DNA of 64,000 nt from NCBI GenBank assembly GCA_963701295.1, contig OY969585.1:832001-896000 (forward strand). Direction: 5' to 3'. The notes under the pieces are model-generated. The model saw nothing but the letters and a program-made list of their open reading frames with translations, ran no database searches and was not told the origin of the DNA. The position numbers were made by a program, and so were the translations under genes. Origin of the DNA: Ignavibacteriota bacterium (GTDB lineage: Bacteria; Bacteroidota; Ignavibacteria; UBA10030). Positions 40,708-51,708 of this stretch are shown here, in pieces (position 1 is the first letter of the stretch; each line of letters starts with the position of its first letter).

Positions 40708-42688
40708 CCCGTTTCCTCTTGAATGCTTCTGTCAGAGCTTCTTTATTGACGGTCACTGGATACTTTTTCTTGAGCGCTTCAATCCATTCTTGCTCACGCT
40801 GTTTCGATGCCATTTCTTGATATCCGCTCGTGACCTCTGGCATTGCTTCCTCGAATGTCTTCACGTGTGCGCTGTCCTTACCCAACGCCTTAATGATAGA
40901 CCAACCTATTTGAAACTTAAATGGAGTCGTGATGCTGTCGACTGCCATTGTTGACGCCTTCAATGACAAATCATTGAATGTGAATGGTTGGAACCCCCAC
41001 ACACCTTTCTTTTCTTGATACCCGGAGCGATTGGTATATTCTTGTGCGACATTCATAAAGTCCTTACCGGATTTCACTTTTTGGTATGCTATTTTCGCCA
41101 GACTATCTGTTTTTGTATAGATTTCGGCAAAGTTGATGCGTTCCGGCCAGCGGTAATTTTCCATGTGCGCATTGTAATATTCCCTCAACAGGGAATCATT
41201 CATCACAACCTTTTTCCATACTTCGTCCTGTTCGATACGATAGAGGAGCGCTCCCTCTTCATATTCCTGCAGGAGTTGAGCGAGTTCAGGATGTCTCTCT
41301 ACAGCATGACGTGTATGTTGTTCGAGCGCTATGACATCGACAACCTTTGTCACGAGTAGCCAAACATTTGCGGGAGTTAAGCGATAGCTTTTATATTCAT
41401 TTGTTGTTATTACTTTATCGGCAAAATCTTTTACTTTAAATGGGCGGCCTGTGCAATGGATCAGCGTTGTTTGCAAAATTTCAATTGAGAGTGTATCTTT
41501 CCAATTTTCATTACCGGCCGTCTTCGTGGTGTCGATCTTGGGAATCAACATATTCACAACTGTAGAATCGATGAGAACATGGTATTGAGCTTTCAACTTC
41601 TCTACGTAATTTTTATACTCATACTGATAACGCGCTTTTTGGTACTGATTCTTAAGATCCTCATGCATTTCTACAAACGGTGGCAATCCTTTTTTTTCTG
41701 TGAGTTTGAAAATATGATAACCATAATTGAACCTCATCGGCTCTGATATAGAATCGATTTGCAACTTGAAGAATACATCTGCAATCGCTGGCGAAATCCG
41801 TTCGTGTTCAAAGAATCCGATGTCGCCATTGTTTGTGGCGCTTTTAAGATCTTGACTGTATTTTTGCACCACTTCTTTAAAACCAGCACCGCTTTTTAAT
41901 CGCTTATATAACATCCAAGCGGTATCACGAACTGCAGCAGTATCGCTTAATGATCCATTGAATCGAAGGAGAATATGGCTTATGCGGACAGATCCTGGAT
42001 TCGGCTGCCGAGCTGTTACTTTTATTACGTGATACCCATATTGAGTGCGTATAGGTCTTTTGGTATACTCTCCAGGTTTCAGTAAAAAACACGCATCACC
42101 GAACTCCGGCACCATCTTATCGCTTATAAAGAAACCGAGATCGCCATAGTTCGACTTCGCTTTTGGATCTTCCGAATACCGAGATGCAAGTGAATCAAAG
42201 GGAGTAGAAGGGATTTGATCGATAACATTCATTGCGCGTATATATGCTATAAGCGTATCTTCGGGTGTTGCATTTCTCTGAAGACGGAAGAGTATGTGAC
42301 TTGCATGTATTTCTTCTTTTTCCCTGTCATAAAGTTTTTGAACGCCCGGTTCTACAACCTCTTTCTCGATCATATAAGACTGAGCAACAGAGGTATTATA
42401 GGAATCCATCTCGCTGACAATAGCAGAATCCTTCTCCAGTCCCTGTGCACGTGCTTCTTTAACCTTAAGCCTAAATTTTACTAGCAGGTCAAGAAATTTT
42501 TGCCGGTCTTCAAACGACGTGGCAGCGCTTGTATCCCAGCCGCCATTGTTTTTAACAAAGTTGTCTTCAAAGCTGCGGAGTGTGATCTTTTCATCACCAA
42601 TAGTAGCAAGAATGGGATTGGATGCCCCGCAACCGATGAAAAGAATAACTATAAAAAGAGAAACTCCGAGAATAAACATGCGTGTCAT
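40694..42688 (-). CDS. Multi-parvulin peptidyl-prolyl isomerase lipoprotein
   Basis: Lipobox FIGC; ASHIL, GDLG, YGYHVIK repeated. ATG at 42688 preferred. Confidence 0.88.
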   Translation of the reverse strand: MTRMFILGVSLFIVILFIGCGASNPILATIGDEKITLRSFEDNFVKNNGGWDTSAATSFEDRQKFLDLLVKFRLKVKEARAQGLEKDSAIVSEMDSYNTSVAQSYMIEKEVVEPGVQKLYDREKEEIHASHILFRLQRNATPEDTLIAYIRAMNVIDQIPSTPFDSLASRYSEDPKAKSNYGDLGFFISDKMVPEFGDACFLLKPGEYTKRPIRTQYGYHVIKVTARQPNPGSVRISHILLRFNGSLSDTAAVRDTAWMLYKRLKSGAGFKEVVQKYSQDLKSATNNGDIGFFEHERISPAIADVFFKLQIDSISEPMRFNYGYHIFKLTEKKGLPPFVEMHEDLKNQYQKARYQYEYKNYVEKLKAQYHVLIDSTVVNMLIPKIDTTKTAGNENWKDTLSIEILQTTLIHCTGRPFKVKDFADKVITTNEYKSYRLTPANVWLLVTKVVDVIALEQHTRHAVERHPELAQLLQEYEEGALLYRIEQDEVWKKVVMNDSLLREYYNAHMENYRWPERINFAEIYTKTDSLAKIAYQKVKSGKDFMNVAQEYTNRSGYQEKKGVWGFQPFTFNDLSLKASTMAVDSITTPFKFQIGWSIIKALGKDSAHVKTFEEAMPEVTSGYQEMASKQREQEWIEALKKKYPVTVNKEALTEAFKRKRVESQ

Positions 42689-42807
42689 AGTTCTTTTTAC
42701 CTCTATTTTTTGATTTTGAGATGATAGGTGCAATACCTTAGTAAGTAAAAAAGTAATCAAAAATGGCTCAGCAAGCAAGAAATTGTACGGGCAAAGCAAG
42801 AAGTAGA

Positions 42808-42829
42808 AAGCCCTCCTCGCGAAGGGCTT
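42808..42829 (-). terminator. Possible terminator after the DUF4340 gene
   Basis: AAGCCCT-N8-AGGGCTT hairpin. Confidence 0.45.
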
Positions 42830-42886
42830 ATCTATCTGTTGAAGTCTCACCACTGTAACTATGTATCACTTTCTACGACTGAATTC

Positions 42887-43777
42887 TTACTTCTTGCTTA
42901 ACTCTACAATCTCCTTCTTCCGTTTCAAAATTTGGTTCGCCCTCCACGGTTCTAGGACAAACCATTGAGATGAATGAGAAGATTGAACAGCATACTTATT
43001 CGTCGTTTTGTTAAGCGAGAAACGAATCTGTACACCGGCATACGTTACCGCCGCCATAATCTTCGGCGATAGTGTGCTGTCAATAAAGTCATCTGCTTGA
43101 AGATTGGAAAGTGAGGAAAGAACACCGTCTATTACCGATCGTTGTACCCTGTCCTTTCCGATAAGCCATGTACTGTCTTTAAATGCTATCGAAAATATTG
43201 TATCACCATATTGGTACTGCACTTCTTTTATGCTTTCCTTCGGTGTGGTGAAAATCGTTTTGTCACGCCAATCTTTTACCGGACGGTTAAACATATAGCT
43301 GTATGCCCCTTCGACAAGGAGAACATCATTGGAATTAAGTCTGCGGGCGTACGACTCAGTGTAACTTGCCGCCATCTTACCAAGAATCAATGATGTCTTT
43401 TCAATCCCTTTTTCATACACCTTTACTTCTGTTCCTGTTTGATCAACTTGAAAGACGGAATGCTTTTCTGGTTTGCTGGAGACAGTGCTTTTAACCTCAA
43501 GGTTTTTTATCTGATGAATGATTTGACCGACATTTGTTTGATTTGCTTTATAGTTGATCGGTTGAGCAATATACCATTCAGTTCCACGTTTTTCTAATAC
43601 AAGAAAAAGCGTTGGTGTTTTGATTTCTATTTTGTCCACTGATACAGAATCGATAACAGTTAAGAAACCCGTACTTGCCGAACTTGCACTTTGTTCTCCG
43701 GGTTTTTGAAGAACAAGAAAGGCAACGATCAACAAAACAACGAACAATCCAATTAGAATGTATGTGTTCTTCTTCAT
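42887..43777 (-). CDS. DUF4340-like membrane-anchored protein
   Basis: N-terminal TM; W....P..Y.A, LILGK....SYAR, WRDK pattern. Follows gldG. Confidence 0.75.
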   Translation of the reverse strand: MKKNTYILIGLFVVLLIVAFLVLQKPGEQSASSASTGFLTVIDSVSVDKIEIKTPTLFLVLEKRGTEWYIAQPINYKANQTNVGQIIHQIKNLEVKSTVSSKPEKHSVFQVDQTGTEVKVYEKGIEKTSLILGKMAASYTESYARRLNSNDVLLVEGAYSYMFNRPVKDWRDKTIFTTPKESIKEVQYQYGDTIFSIAFKDSTWLIGKDRVQRSVIDGVLSSLSNLQADDFIDSTLSPKIMAAVTYAGVQIRFSLNKTTNKYAVQSSHSSQWFVLEPWRANQILKRKKEIVELSKK

Positions 43778-43804
43778 AGCTCTTTACTTTCCACATTCTC
43801 CTAT

Positions 43805-45358
43805 CTACAGTTGGCTTTCTAACGATCGTTTCAACGCGAGGCGCCGTCTCCATCGCAGCAAACCATAACCAATAACAAGGAACGGCGGCAAGATGAGGGC
43901 GCCATACTTTAGAATCTTCTTGGTTCCATCAGAGACCTGTTCCAGTGGAGGTTGATCAATGTCCTTAGAGCGAATCGTAATTAAACCGGCATCGTCGGCA
44001 AGGAAATCTACAATATTGACAAAGAATGTCATATTGCCTCGATTACCGGCGAAGTCGTCTTTCATAAAATCACCGTCACCCACGACAATAATGCGCGTAT
44101 CAGGACTTTTGGTCGTGTGTGGTACCAAAGATTTTCCTTCAAAGAAGCTTTTAAAGGAACCACTCACAACCGCAGCCATCGGAATATTGGATTCTGCCAG
44201 CTCTTCTGGTATATAGCGATGGAACGGATCAACCATAACAAATCCACTTTGTCGCCCGCTGTGTTTAGAAGAACGAACTAAGACTTCTGCTTTCAGTCCT
44301 TTCTTTGCTGCGGGAGTCGTATCAAGCGAGCTTACGAAGTAGAAAATTAGTCCCTGTAAATCTTTTACAATTGGATTTGACCGATCAAAATTGACAGCAT
44401 TGGGAAGATATGGAAATGGTATCTGGCTTCGCATCTGAAATTGACCCTGGTTCTGCATCACGGTTATGTTGGCACATTGTTCATCTCGTACCAAATCGTC
44501 GTTGATGCGGATACCATAATTCTCAAGTATATCTTCCAATCCAATATCCACCGACTGTGCAACCTTATACTGAGCACTAAGATCGACATTCATTTTGTTA
44601 AGCATAAATGCTACTTTTCCGCCGTGCATGAGATATTGATCGATCTGATATTTCGCTGTGTCGGAGAATTTCGTTTGAGGCGCTATGATAAGTAACGTCG
44701 CCAGATCTTGTGGAATCTCAGCAATATTTGAACTCAGATCGACCGGTACTGATTCATATTGTGCATTGATCTCTTGACTCGCTCGCTGCATGCTGTTCAG
44801 CGCCGTTTCCTGATGACCGGTTGTATAACCGATTCTTTTCTTTTCGCGGGAAGTTAATCGTTTGATTGCTGAGCTGATATCATATTCTAGCGAACTAAGA
44901 TTTCGTATGACGGGCAAAACTTCTTTTTTGTCTTCGTACATCATCACTAAGCCGAGGAATGCACGTTTCACTTCATATTTATCTTCCTTCACTATTTGTA
45001 CTTCTACCGGAGGAATTCCTGCCTGCTGCGCCTCGCGTTCATTCTTCTCGCCTTCCGGGTTGATGAACTCGTAATACAGATTACCTTTCGAGTATGCCTT
45101 ATAGTCATTGAGAATATCCAGCACAGCGCGACGATTGTTATTATATGGTTCCGGGAGCTCTTCCGTGAAATATGCCTTTATCGTAATACGGTCATCGAGA
45201 TTGCGTACCAGATTTTTACTTGCATCGGAAAGCGTGTACACTCCTGCTTTCGTCAAGTCGAGACGGCCGAAGATGCGCACAGAAATGAAGTTCACCAAAA
45301 TCAGAATCCCGAGAACTAACAGTACTCGGAGAATTGTTTGAGTTTTTTTAGTATTCAT
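43805..45358 (-). CDS. gldG: GldG-like ABC transporter auxiliary component
   Basis: RLDLTKAGVYTLSDAS, LEYDISSAI, GYTTGHQE, IDQYLMHGG, VVGDGDF. Confidence 0.85.
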   Translation of the reverse strand: MNTKKTQTILRVLLVLGILILVNFISVRIFGRLDLTKAGVYTLSDASKNLVRNLDDRITIKAYFTEELPEPYNNNRRAVLDILNDYKAYSKGNLYYEFINPEGEKNEREAQQAGIPPVEVQIVKEDKYEVKRAFLGLVMMYEDKKEVLPVIRNLSSLEYDISSAIKRLTSREKKRIGYTTGHQETALNSMQRASQEINAQYESVPVDLSSNIAEIPQDLATLLIIAPQTKFSDTAKYQIDQYLMHGGKVAFMLNKMNVDLSAQYKVAQSVDIGLEDILENYGIRINDDLVRDEQCANITVMQNQGQFQMRSQIPFPYLPNAVNFDRSNPIVKDLQGLIFYFVSSLDTTPAAKKGLKAEVLVRSSKHSGRQSGFVMVDPFHRYIPEELAESNIPMAAVVSGSFKSFFEGKSLVPHTTKSPDTRIIVVGDGDFMKDDFAGNRGNMTFFVNIVDFLADDAGLITIRSKDIDQPPLEQVSDGTKKILKYGALILPPFLVIGYGLLRWRRRLALKRSLESQL

Positions 45359-45416
45359 AGAAGTTAAAAATCAGTTTTCAATAGTACATTGGACATTCTC
45401 ACATCGGAAATCGGCA

Positions 45417-46160
45417 TTACCACTTACGTCGTTCCAGTGAGACAACTGAGAGATACAATGAAAATCCAAGAACAGAAAGAAAATACACAACATCCCGCGT
45501 ATCGATCACACCTCGTGCGATGTTAGAGAAATGGAAATCGACGCTCAAAAATTGCAGAATACCTGTCGCAAAGTCGGGCATGACGATCAACATCTTATCA
45601 ATAAAAAAGAGGACGATACAGAAAAATAAGCCAAGCATAAACGCAACGATCTGGTTTTCCGTTAGACTTGATGCCAATAGTCCTACCGCTACATAGACAC
45701 CAGTCATGAGCATCAACCCGAGATATCCTCCAACTACAGGACCATGGTCGATATCACCAAGAAACACAATGATGAGATAATAGACAAGTGTGGGAAGCAC
45801 AGTAATACCAACGAATGCCCATGATGCAAGAAATTTTCCAAGCACGATTTCTGCGTCGTGGAGTGGCTTTGTGGATAGGAGTTCTATTGTACCGGATTTT
45901 CGTTCTTCCGCCAGAAGGCGCATAGTCATCGCAGGAATCACAAAGAGAAAAATAATGCTAGCATATTCAAACATATTCCGGAGCGTCGCAATATTGACAA
46001 GGAAAATGTTGCTAGCGTAGAACCAGCCCATCAGAACAAAAAAGACTACTATAACTACGTATGCAATCGCCGAATTGAAATATGAACGCAGCTCTTTCCG
46101 AAAAATTGTGTTTGTATTGCTTAAGCTTGATAATGCTTTAATGTAATTCTCTATATTCAT
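45417..46160 (-). CDS. gldF: GldF-like ABC-2 permease
   Basis: KELRSYFNS.IAY, TMRLLAEERKSGTIELL, SSLTENQIVA, RGVIDTRD. Confidence 0.85.
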   Translation of the reverse strand: MNIENYIKALSSLSNTNTIFRKELRSYFNSAIAYVVIVVFFVLMGWFYASNIFLVNIATLRNMFEYASIIFLFVIPAMTMRLLAEERKSGTIELLSTKPLHDAEIVLGKFLASWAFVGITVLPTLVYYLIIVFLGDIDHGPVVGGYLGLMLMTGVYVAVGLLASSLTENQIVAFMLGLFFCIVLFFIDKMLIVMPDFATGILQFLSVDFHFSNIARGVIDTRDVVYFLSVLGFSLYLSVVSLERRKW

Positions 46161-46190
46161 ATTTGATTACCTACGATTATTGTGAATCAA

Positions 46191-47147
46191 CTACTCAGAA
46201 GTTGTCAACTTACGGAACACATCTTCCAAACTTGTCGCTTTACGCGACATTTCCAATAAGATCCATTCTTCGGATACCGCCCGTCGGAAAATTTCTTCAC
46301 GAATATCGCTTCCCTTGACGGTATGAATGAAGAACTTATGCAGATCGCCCTCCTGTCCGACGTACTCGACCGACTCAACCTGTGAAATTTCTTTGAACTT
46401 CGGATATATATCCGTCATTGCGTTGACAATCTTGCCTGCCGGTAATTTTATTTCCAGTGAAATCTTTTCCGATCCGCGGAAATTTTGCTGTAATTGCTCA
46501 AGTGTCCCATCGGCAACAATCCCTCCGTCATTAATGATGATGACGCGGTCACATGTTGCCTGTACTTCCGTGAGAATATGCGTGGAAAGCACAACGGTTT
46601 TTGCACGGCCAAGCTGGCGGATGAGATTCCGGATTTCCACAATTTGATTTGGATCAAGACCGCTGGTCGGTTCATCAAGTATAAGAACTTCGGGATCATG
46701 GATCATCGCCTGCGCAAGTCCCACACGTTGGCGAAATCCTTTCGACAATTCGCCGATGTCTTTGTGTCGAACTCCGGCAATACCGCAGACATCGATCATC
46801 TCTTTCAAACGGCTTTTTAACAATCCGTCTTTCAGTCCATGCAAACGTGCAGAGTACTCAAGGTATTCTAGAACGTTCATATCAAAATAGAGCGGATTCA
46901 TTTCCGGCAGATAGCCGATTTTTTTCCGTACTTCAAATGAATGCTCAGCGATATCGAATCCTTCTACTTCCACCGAGCCTGAAGTCGGCAGCATGTAGCA
47001 AGTGATAATCTTCATTGTGGTGGTCTTCCCGGCGCCATTTGGGCCGAGAAAACCGAGAATTTCACCGGTCTTGACATCAAACGAGATGTCGTTCACTGCT
47101 TTCTCGGTGTCATAATATTTCGTCAGGTTTCGTACTGCTATTGCCAT
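46191..47147 (-). CDS. gldA: GldA-like ABC ATP-binding protein
   Basis: GPNGAGKTT, LSKGFRQRVGLAQA, LDEPTSGLDPNQ. Confidence 0.88.
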   Translation of the reverse strand: MAIAVRNLTKYYDTEKAVNDISFDVKTGEILGFLGPNGAGKTTTMKIITCYMLPTSGSVEVEGFDIAEHSFEVRKKIGYLPEMNPLYFDMNVLEYLEYSARLHGLKDGLLKSRLKEMIDVCGIAGVRHKDIGELSKGFRQRVGLAQAMIHDPEVLILDEPTSGLDPNQIVEIRNLIRQLGRAKTVVLSTHILTEVQATCDRVIIINDGGIVADGTLEQLQQNFRGSEKISLEIKLPAGKIVNAMTDIYPKFKEISQVESVEYVGQEGDLHKFFIHTVKGSDIREEIFRRAVSEEWILLEMSRKATSLEDVFRKLTTSE

Positions 47148-47534
47148 AGGTGTCTTATATCTATTGGTTCAGAAAATATCGGTACTAATATTGGTACTTT
47201 GGAGTGCAACAAGTTTATGAAAAATGATGCACATATTCAAGAACCTTTTTCAGATTTTTATTTTTCAGTTATGTGGTACATAATCAGTTCGAATGAATCC
47301 AAATAGACGGAGTGGCTTATCGAAAGGTTCCTTTATCTCTCCAGATATTTGATTTTTTTTGAGTAAGACAACCATGAACAATCGAACGTATTATTGATAC
47401 TCGATGCTAGAGGGAAATCGATGTAAATACTGTTATTTCTTCGAATTTATTGAGTGTTCTTGGTATCATCTTTTTTTGAGACTTCCTGTTCTGAGGGTAT
47501 TTATTCTTCGTTTTCACTATCCACTCCACAGAAC

Positions 47535-49193
47535 TTATTCAATTTGATCCTGATCCCGTATTTGTACGCGGCGTATTTTTCCACTAATGGTTTTCGGCAG
47601 CTCAGCAACAAACTCCACAATCCGGGGATATTTATAAGGAGCTGTTACTTTCTTTACATGCTCCTGCAACTCTCTTGCTAATTCATCGCTTGGATGATAA
47701 TTCTTTGAAGGAACAATCGTCGCTTTCACGATTTGCCCCCGCTCTGGATCCGGAACAGCCGTGATGGCACATTCCAGAACTGCCGGATGTTCCAGAAGAG
47801 CACTCTCAACTTCAAACGGACCGATACGATACCCAGAACTTTTAATGATATCATCTGCTCTGCCAACAAACCAGTAATATCCGTCTTCATCACGCCACGC
47901 CGTATCACCCGTATAATAAATTCCGTTTTGCCAGACTTTTTTTGTAAGCTCATCGTCACGATAATATCCATTGAACATTCCCACAGGTTTTCTTTTATCT
48001 GTACGGATAACAATCTGACCGATCTCACCCACTTCGCACACTTTCCCATCCGGACCAAGAAGATCAATATCATATCCCGGAGATGGTTTTCCCATAGAAC
48101 CCGGTTTCGGTTCCATCCACGGAAACGTTGCGACAGCGACAGTACATTCCGTCTGGCCAAAACCTTCCATCAGTTTGATTCCCATTGCGTCGAAAAATTG
48201 CTTATACACTTCGGGATTGAGGGGTTCACCAGCTACGACACAATACTTCAGATGCCGGAAATTGTATTTCGTCAAATCTTCTTTGATTAAAAACCTATAA
48301 ATGGTCGGCGGCGCACAAAACGAAGTTATCGAATACTTTTCAATCACATGCAGAAGGTTCTTGGGATGGAATTTATCATAATCGTACGTCATTACCGCGC
48401 ACCCAGACAACCACTGACCGTAAATTTTTCCCCACGCCGATTTTGCCCAGCCGGTATCAGCAATCGTAAAATGTAGGCCGTTATCCTTCACGTTCTGCCA
48501 GTACTTCGCCGTAAGAATATGTCCGAGTGGATACGCAAAGTTGTGATTCACCATTTTGGGCATGCCGGTCGTTCCTGAAGTGAAATACAGAAGCATGATA
48601 TCGTCATTACGCACCGCATTGTTGCCTTGAGGTTTTGTAAATATATCCGATGCCTTTTCAATTTCTTCTGTAAAATTCAACCACCCGGCGCGCGTTACGC
48701 CGATCAATGCTTTATGTTTCAAGGTCGGCGATTTCGCTTCCGCCTCTTCAACATGCTGAACCACTTCCGGGTCCGGCACACAGACGATCATTCTCACATC
48801 CGCGGTGCTATTTCGATACACAATATCTTTCGTGCTGAGAAGATGTGTTGCGGGAATTGTGATTGCACCGATTTTGTTTAAAGCCAGCACACAGAACCAA
48901 TATTCATATCGCCGTTTCAGAATAAGCATCACCGGATCGCCCTTACGGATACCGGTGGAGGTAAAGAAGTTCGCCGCCTTATCGCTGTAATATTTCATTT
49001 GTCCGAACGTAAATTTCGCTTCGCCTTCTTTGTCATCGCACCACACCATGGCAATCTTATCCGGTTCGGTACGGGCATACTCATCCACTACGTCAAAGGC
49101 AAAATTGAAATGTTCAGGTATGAGAATTTTAAAGTTTTCGATAAAATCCTGATAGGAATCGAAAGCTGTCTTCGTAAGATAGTTTTCAAGCAT
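47535..49193 (-). CDS. Acyl-CoA synthetase (AMP-forming, ACSM-like)
   Basis: [46 protein letters not shown]. Confidence 0.92.
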   Translation of the reverse strand: MLENYLTKTAFDSYQDFIENFKILIPEHFNFAFDVVDEYARTEPDKIAMVWCDDKEGEAKFTFGQMKYYSDKAANFFTSTGIRKGDPVMLILKRRYEYWFCVLALNKIGAITIPATHLLSTKDIVYRNSTADVRMIVCVPDPEVVQHVEEAEAKSPTLKHKALIGVTRAGWLNFTEEIEKASDIFTKPQGNNAVRNDDIMLLYFTSGTTGMPKMVNHNFAYPLGHILTAKYWQNVKDNGLHFTIADTGWAKSAWGKIYGQWLSGCAVMTYDYDKFHPKNLLHVIEKYSITSFCAPPTIYRFLIKEDLTKYNFRHLKYCVVAGEPLNPEVYKQFFDAMGIKLMEGFGQTECTVAVATFPWMEPKPGSMGKPSPGYDIDLLGPDGKVCEVGEIGQIVIRTDKRKPVGMFNGYYRDDELTKKVWQNGIYYTGDTAWRDEDGYYWFVGRADDIIKSSGYRIGPFEVESALLEHPAVLECAITAVPDPERGQIVKATIVPSKNYHPSDELARELQEHVKKVTAPYKYPRIVEFVAELPKTISGKIRRVQIRDQDQIE

Positions 49194-49214
49194 AATTCAT
49201 CTCTGACTTGATTG

Positions 49215-49769
49215 TTATAAAACAACTGCAAGCATTTTGACGGTTTTGTTGTTGAGGGCTTTCATGGCATGTGTATAGACCGAATCATAATAGATTGAAT
49301 CTCCTTCGTTTAAAATAATCTCATGGCTATCGATGATTATTTTCATCGTTCCTTCAATGACGTAATTAAACTCTTGGCCTGGGTGCGAATTAAATTCCAT
49401 CGGTGCATTTTCTTCATTCGGTTCGATTCTGACTATAAACGGCTCGGCTTCTTTATTTATAAAATTATATGCCAAGTGTTCGTACCTGTATTGCTTTCTT
49501 CGTTCAACGATTAATCCTTTGTCCTTTCGCACGACACAATATACGTGAAGCCGCGGATTCTCTCCGCTGAACAGCGCAGAAAGCTCAATACCGAATTTGT
49601 GCGCGACCTTATACAGAAACCCGATAGGGATATCGACTGTGCCGCTTTCGTAGTTCAGGAACAGTTCGTTGCTAATTCCAAGATCCTTTGCAAGAGTCTC
49701 GGCCGATGTACCGGATATTTCTCTCAACTCTTTGATCCTGCCAGCAATAAGCTGTATTTGTTCTGTCAT
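49215..49769 (-). CDS. XRE-family HTH-cupin transcriptional regulator
   Basis: N-terminal XRE HTH, C-terminal cupin H.GQEF.YV.EG...GDSIYYDS..H. Confidence 0.92.
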   Translation of the reverse strand: MTEQIQLIAGRIKELREISGTSAETLAKDLGISNELFLNYESGTVDIPIGFLYKVAHKFGIELSALFSGENPRLHVYCVVRKDKGLIVERRKQYRYEHLAYNFINKEAEPFIVRIEPNEENAPMEFNSHPGQEFNYVIEGTMKIIIDSHEIILNEGDSIYYDSVYTHAMKALNNKTVKMLAVVL

Positions 49770-50015
49770 AGTGGTGTCCTCGAAGAAAAACCTAAACGGA
49801 ATTATACTTAATGAACTTACTTGAATATATGAATAAAATCAATTTATACAGCAGGTGTTTATGCTATGGAGATCAAAAAATCGTACCGATTTTTCTTCAA
49901 CCCGAGATGATCACCGGATATACTTTATTTCATTCCCCGTTTCTTTTTCTTGATGATGATAGGGATTTTCAGGATTCCTCCCACTCAAAACATTAATTCT
50001 CTACTCTTTTATTTT

Positions 50016-51003
50016 CTATATTTTCATCGCTGCATCTAACACACGTTGGTTTTTTAATCCTTCTTCGCCGGGAATAGGTGATGCAGTGTTATTGAGAATG
50101 GACTCTGAAAAAAGAGATACTTCCTTTTCATATAAATTCGGAACAACGATTGTTTCGTCACGCGACTCGATAGTCTTATCGTTTTCGCCAAGCATAACTT
50201 TTAGTGAAAGCGTATTGCCGCTCCACGAAAAATTTTCTGCGGAGAGAAGGCCTTTTTCCACCGATAACCTCAATATATGTACGTCGTATAGGCGCAGCAT
50301 AAGAGCAGAATATACCTGCCGTTGTTCCCCGTGAGAACTTCAGTGCAAGCTGTGCTGTGGATTCAGTTGTTACCGCGGATGGTTTCGGATCGAGCTGGCT
50401 CTTTATCGATATCACTTCGTCGTCAAGTAAAAATCAAGTGGTATCAAGATAGTGTACACAGATGTCAAAGATCGGTCCACCGCCTGCGATGTTCCGATCA
50501 ACCAGCCAAGGTCAATGTGATAGTTGTCCATCGTAAATAAACTCCGACTTGATGAACGTGAGCTTACCTATGAACCCCAACTGAATCAATTCCTTCATCC
50601 GAATGACGAGCGGCGAGAGACGCACCATATGTGCTACCATGAGCTTTACATTGTTTTTCTTGCATACTTTAATCATCATTTCCGCTTCTGTCACATTGAT
50701 CGCCATCGGTTTTTCTACCAAAACATGCTTGCCCGCCCGAGCGGCGACAAGCACCTCTGGAGCATGTTGTGAATTTGCAGAAACAATGAACACTGCATCC
50801 ACATCTGGATGTTTTACTAATGCTTCTACTGAATCGAACGCGTGCGGGATGTTGGCTGTTCGTGCTTTTTCCTCTGCCGCGACGAACGAACGTTTTTGAA
50901 TTGCCACTAATTCCGAATTGGCTGATGCTTGAATTGCTGGTGCGATTGTGTGCTCCGCAAACAAACCAAACCCAAGAATACCCTAACGCACCTTTTTTTT
51001 CAT
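50016..51003 (-). pseudogene. Gfo/Idh/MocA oxidoreductase pseudogene
   Basis: MKKKVR*GILGFG, GKHVLVEKPMA, SH*PWL..GGGPIFD, DTT*FLL, and a frameshift near 50260 (IG / EKGLLS). Confidence 0.88.
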
Positions 51004-51237
51004 CTAAAATTTCTTTCTTTAATCAATTCACTGTAATAATAAACAAGATTTTTCTTTCATGCAAAGTGGGGCTTGAGATGAAAAGCAATGAGCAAACGGT
51101 GTATAATTGATAGCCCAATAAATTCATTCTAAGAATCAGTCTCGAGGAAACCCTTGAATCCTTTATGATGGTTGCTTACATTGACGCAGTTGTTTTTCTT
51201 TGCCAACAATACGTCGAATGAATTATCAGGAGAACAT

Positions 51238-51708
51238 ATGAGGACCACGGTTTATTTCCTTTTCTGTATACTAGCCTTCATTATAGAAGGATGCACACCG
51301 TTGACACTCCGACCGGCAGATTTTTCATGGCCGATTGAAATAGTGGCGACGCCAGACAGCAGTGGAACCATCCAGATAATACGGTATAAAGTTTCCTTCA
51401 ATAGTAAGCCACTTCTTTTTGAAGAGTTGCAAGATTCCATTCATATTACTACATATTCGTTGCATGTCGTACGCGATCAGAATGGGTACTACTTTATTAC
51501 AGCCAAAGACTTTAAGAGTGTGTATGTCTTTATTCAAGAAAAAGGAGCGCTAAAGCTCGAAAAGAAAATTCCGGTGTCCGAAAAAGGCCTCGAAGCTCCA
51601 GCATTCAACCAGAAAGGATTGTTCATTCAATTGGTTAATGAACAGAAAGAGAACGAACCGTCTCTTCTTTTATCCATCGATGGAATTCAAGAAGGAGAAA
51701 AGAAATGA
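51238..51708 (+). CDS. Hypothetical lipoprotein
   Basis: AGGAG RBS, lipobox-like IEGC, ATGA overlap with the next gene. Confidence 0.7.
   Translation: MRTTVYFLFCILAFIIEGCTPLTLRPADFSWPIEIVATPDSSGTIQIIRYKVSFNSKPLLFEELQDSIHITTYSLHVVRDQNGYYFITAKDFKSVYVFIQEKGALKLEKKIPVSEKGLEAPAFNQKGLFIQLVNEQKENEPSLLLSIDGIQEGEKK

Noticed and set aside
47200-47534. Long AT-rich spacer as a possible gene remnant or sRNA
   Set aside because: I could not identify a convincing ORF, homology or stable structure by eye.
50434-50985. Stop-codon recoding (Sec/Pyl or alternative code) in the oxidoreductase
   Set aside because: TAG and TGA are mixed with a frameshift, and neighbouring genes use TAG and TGA as normal stops.
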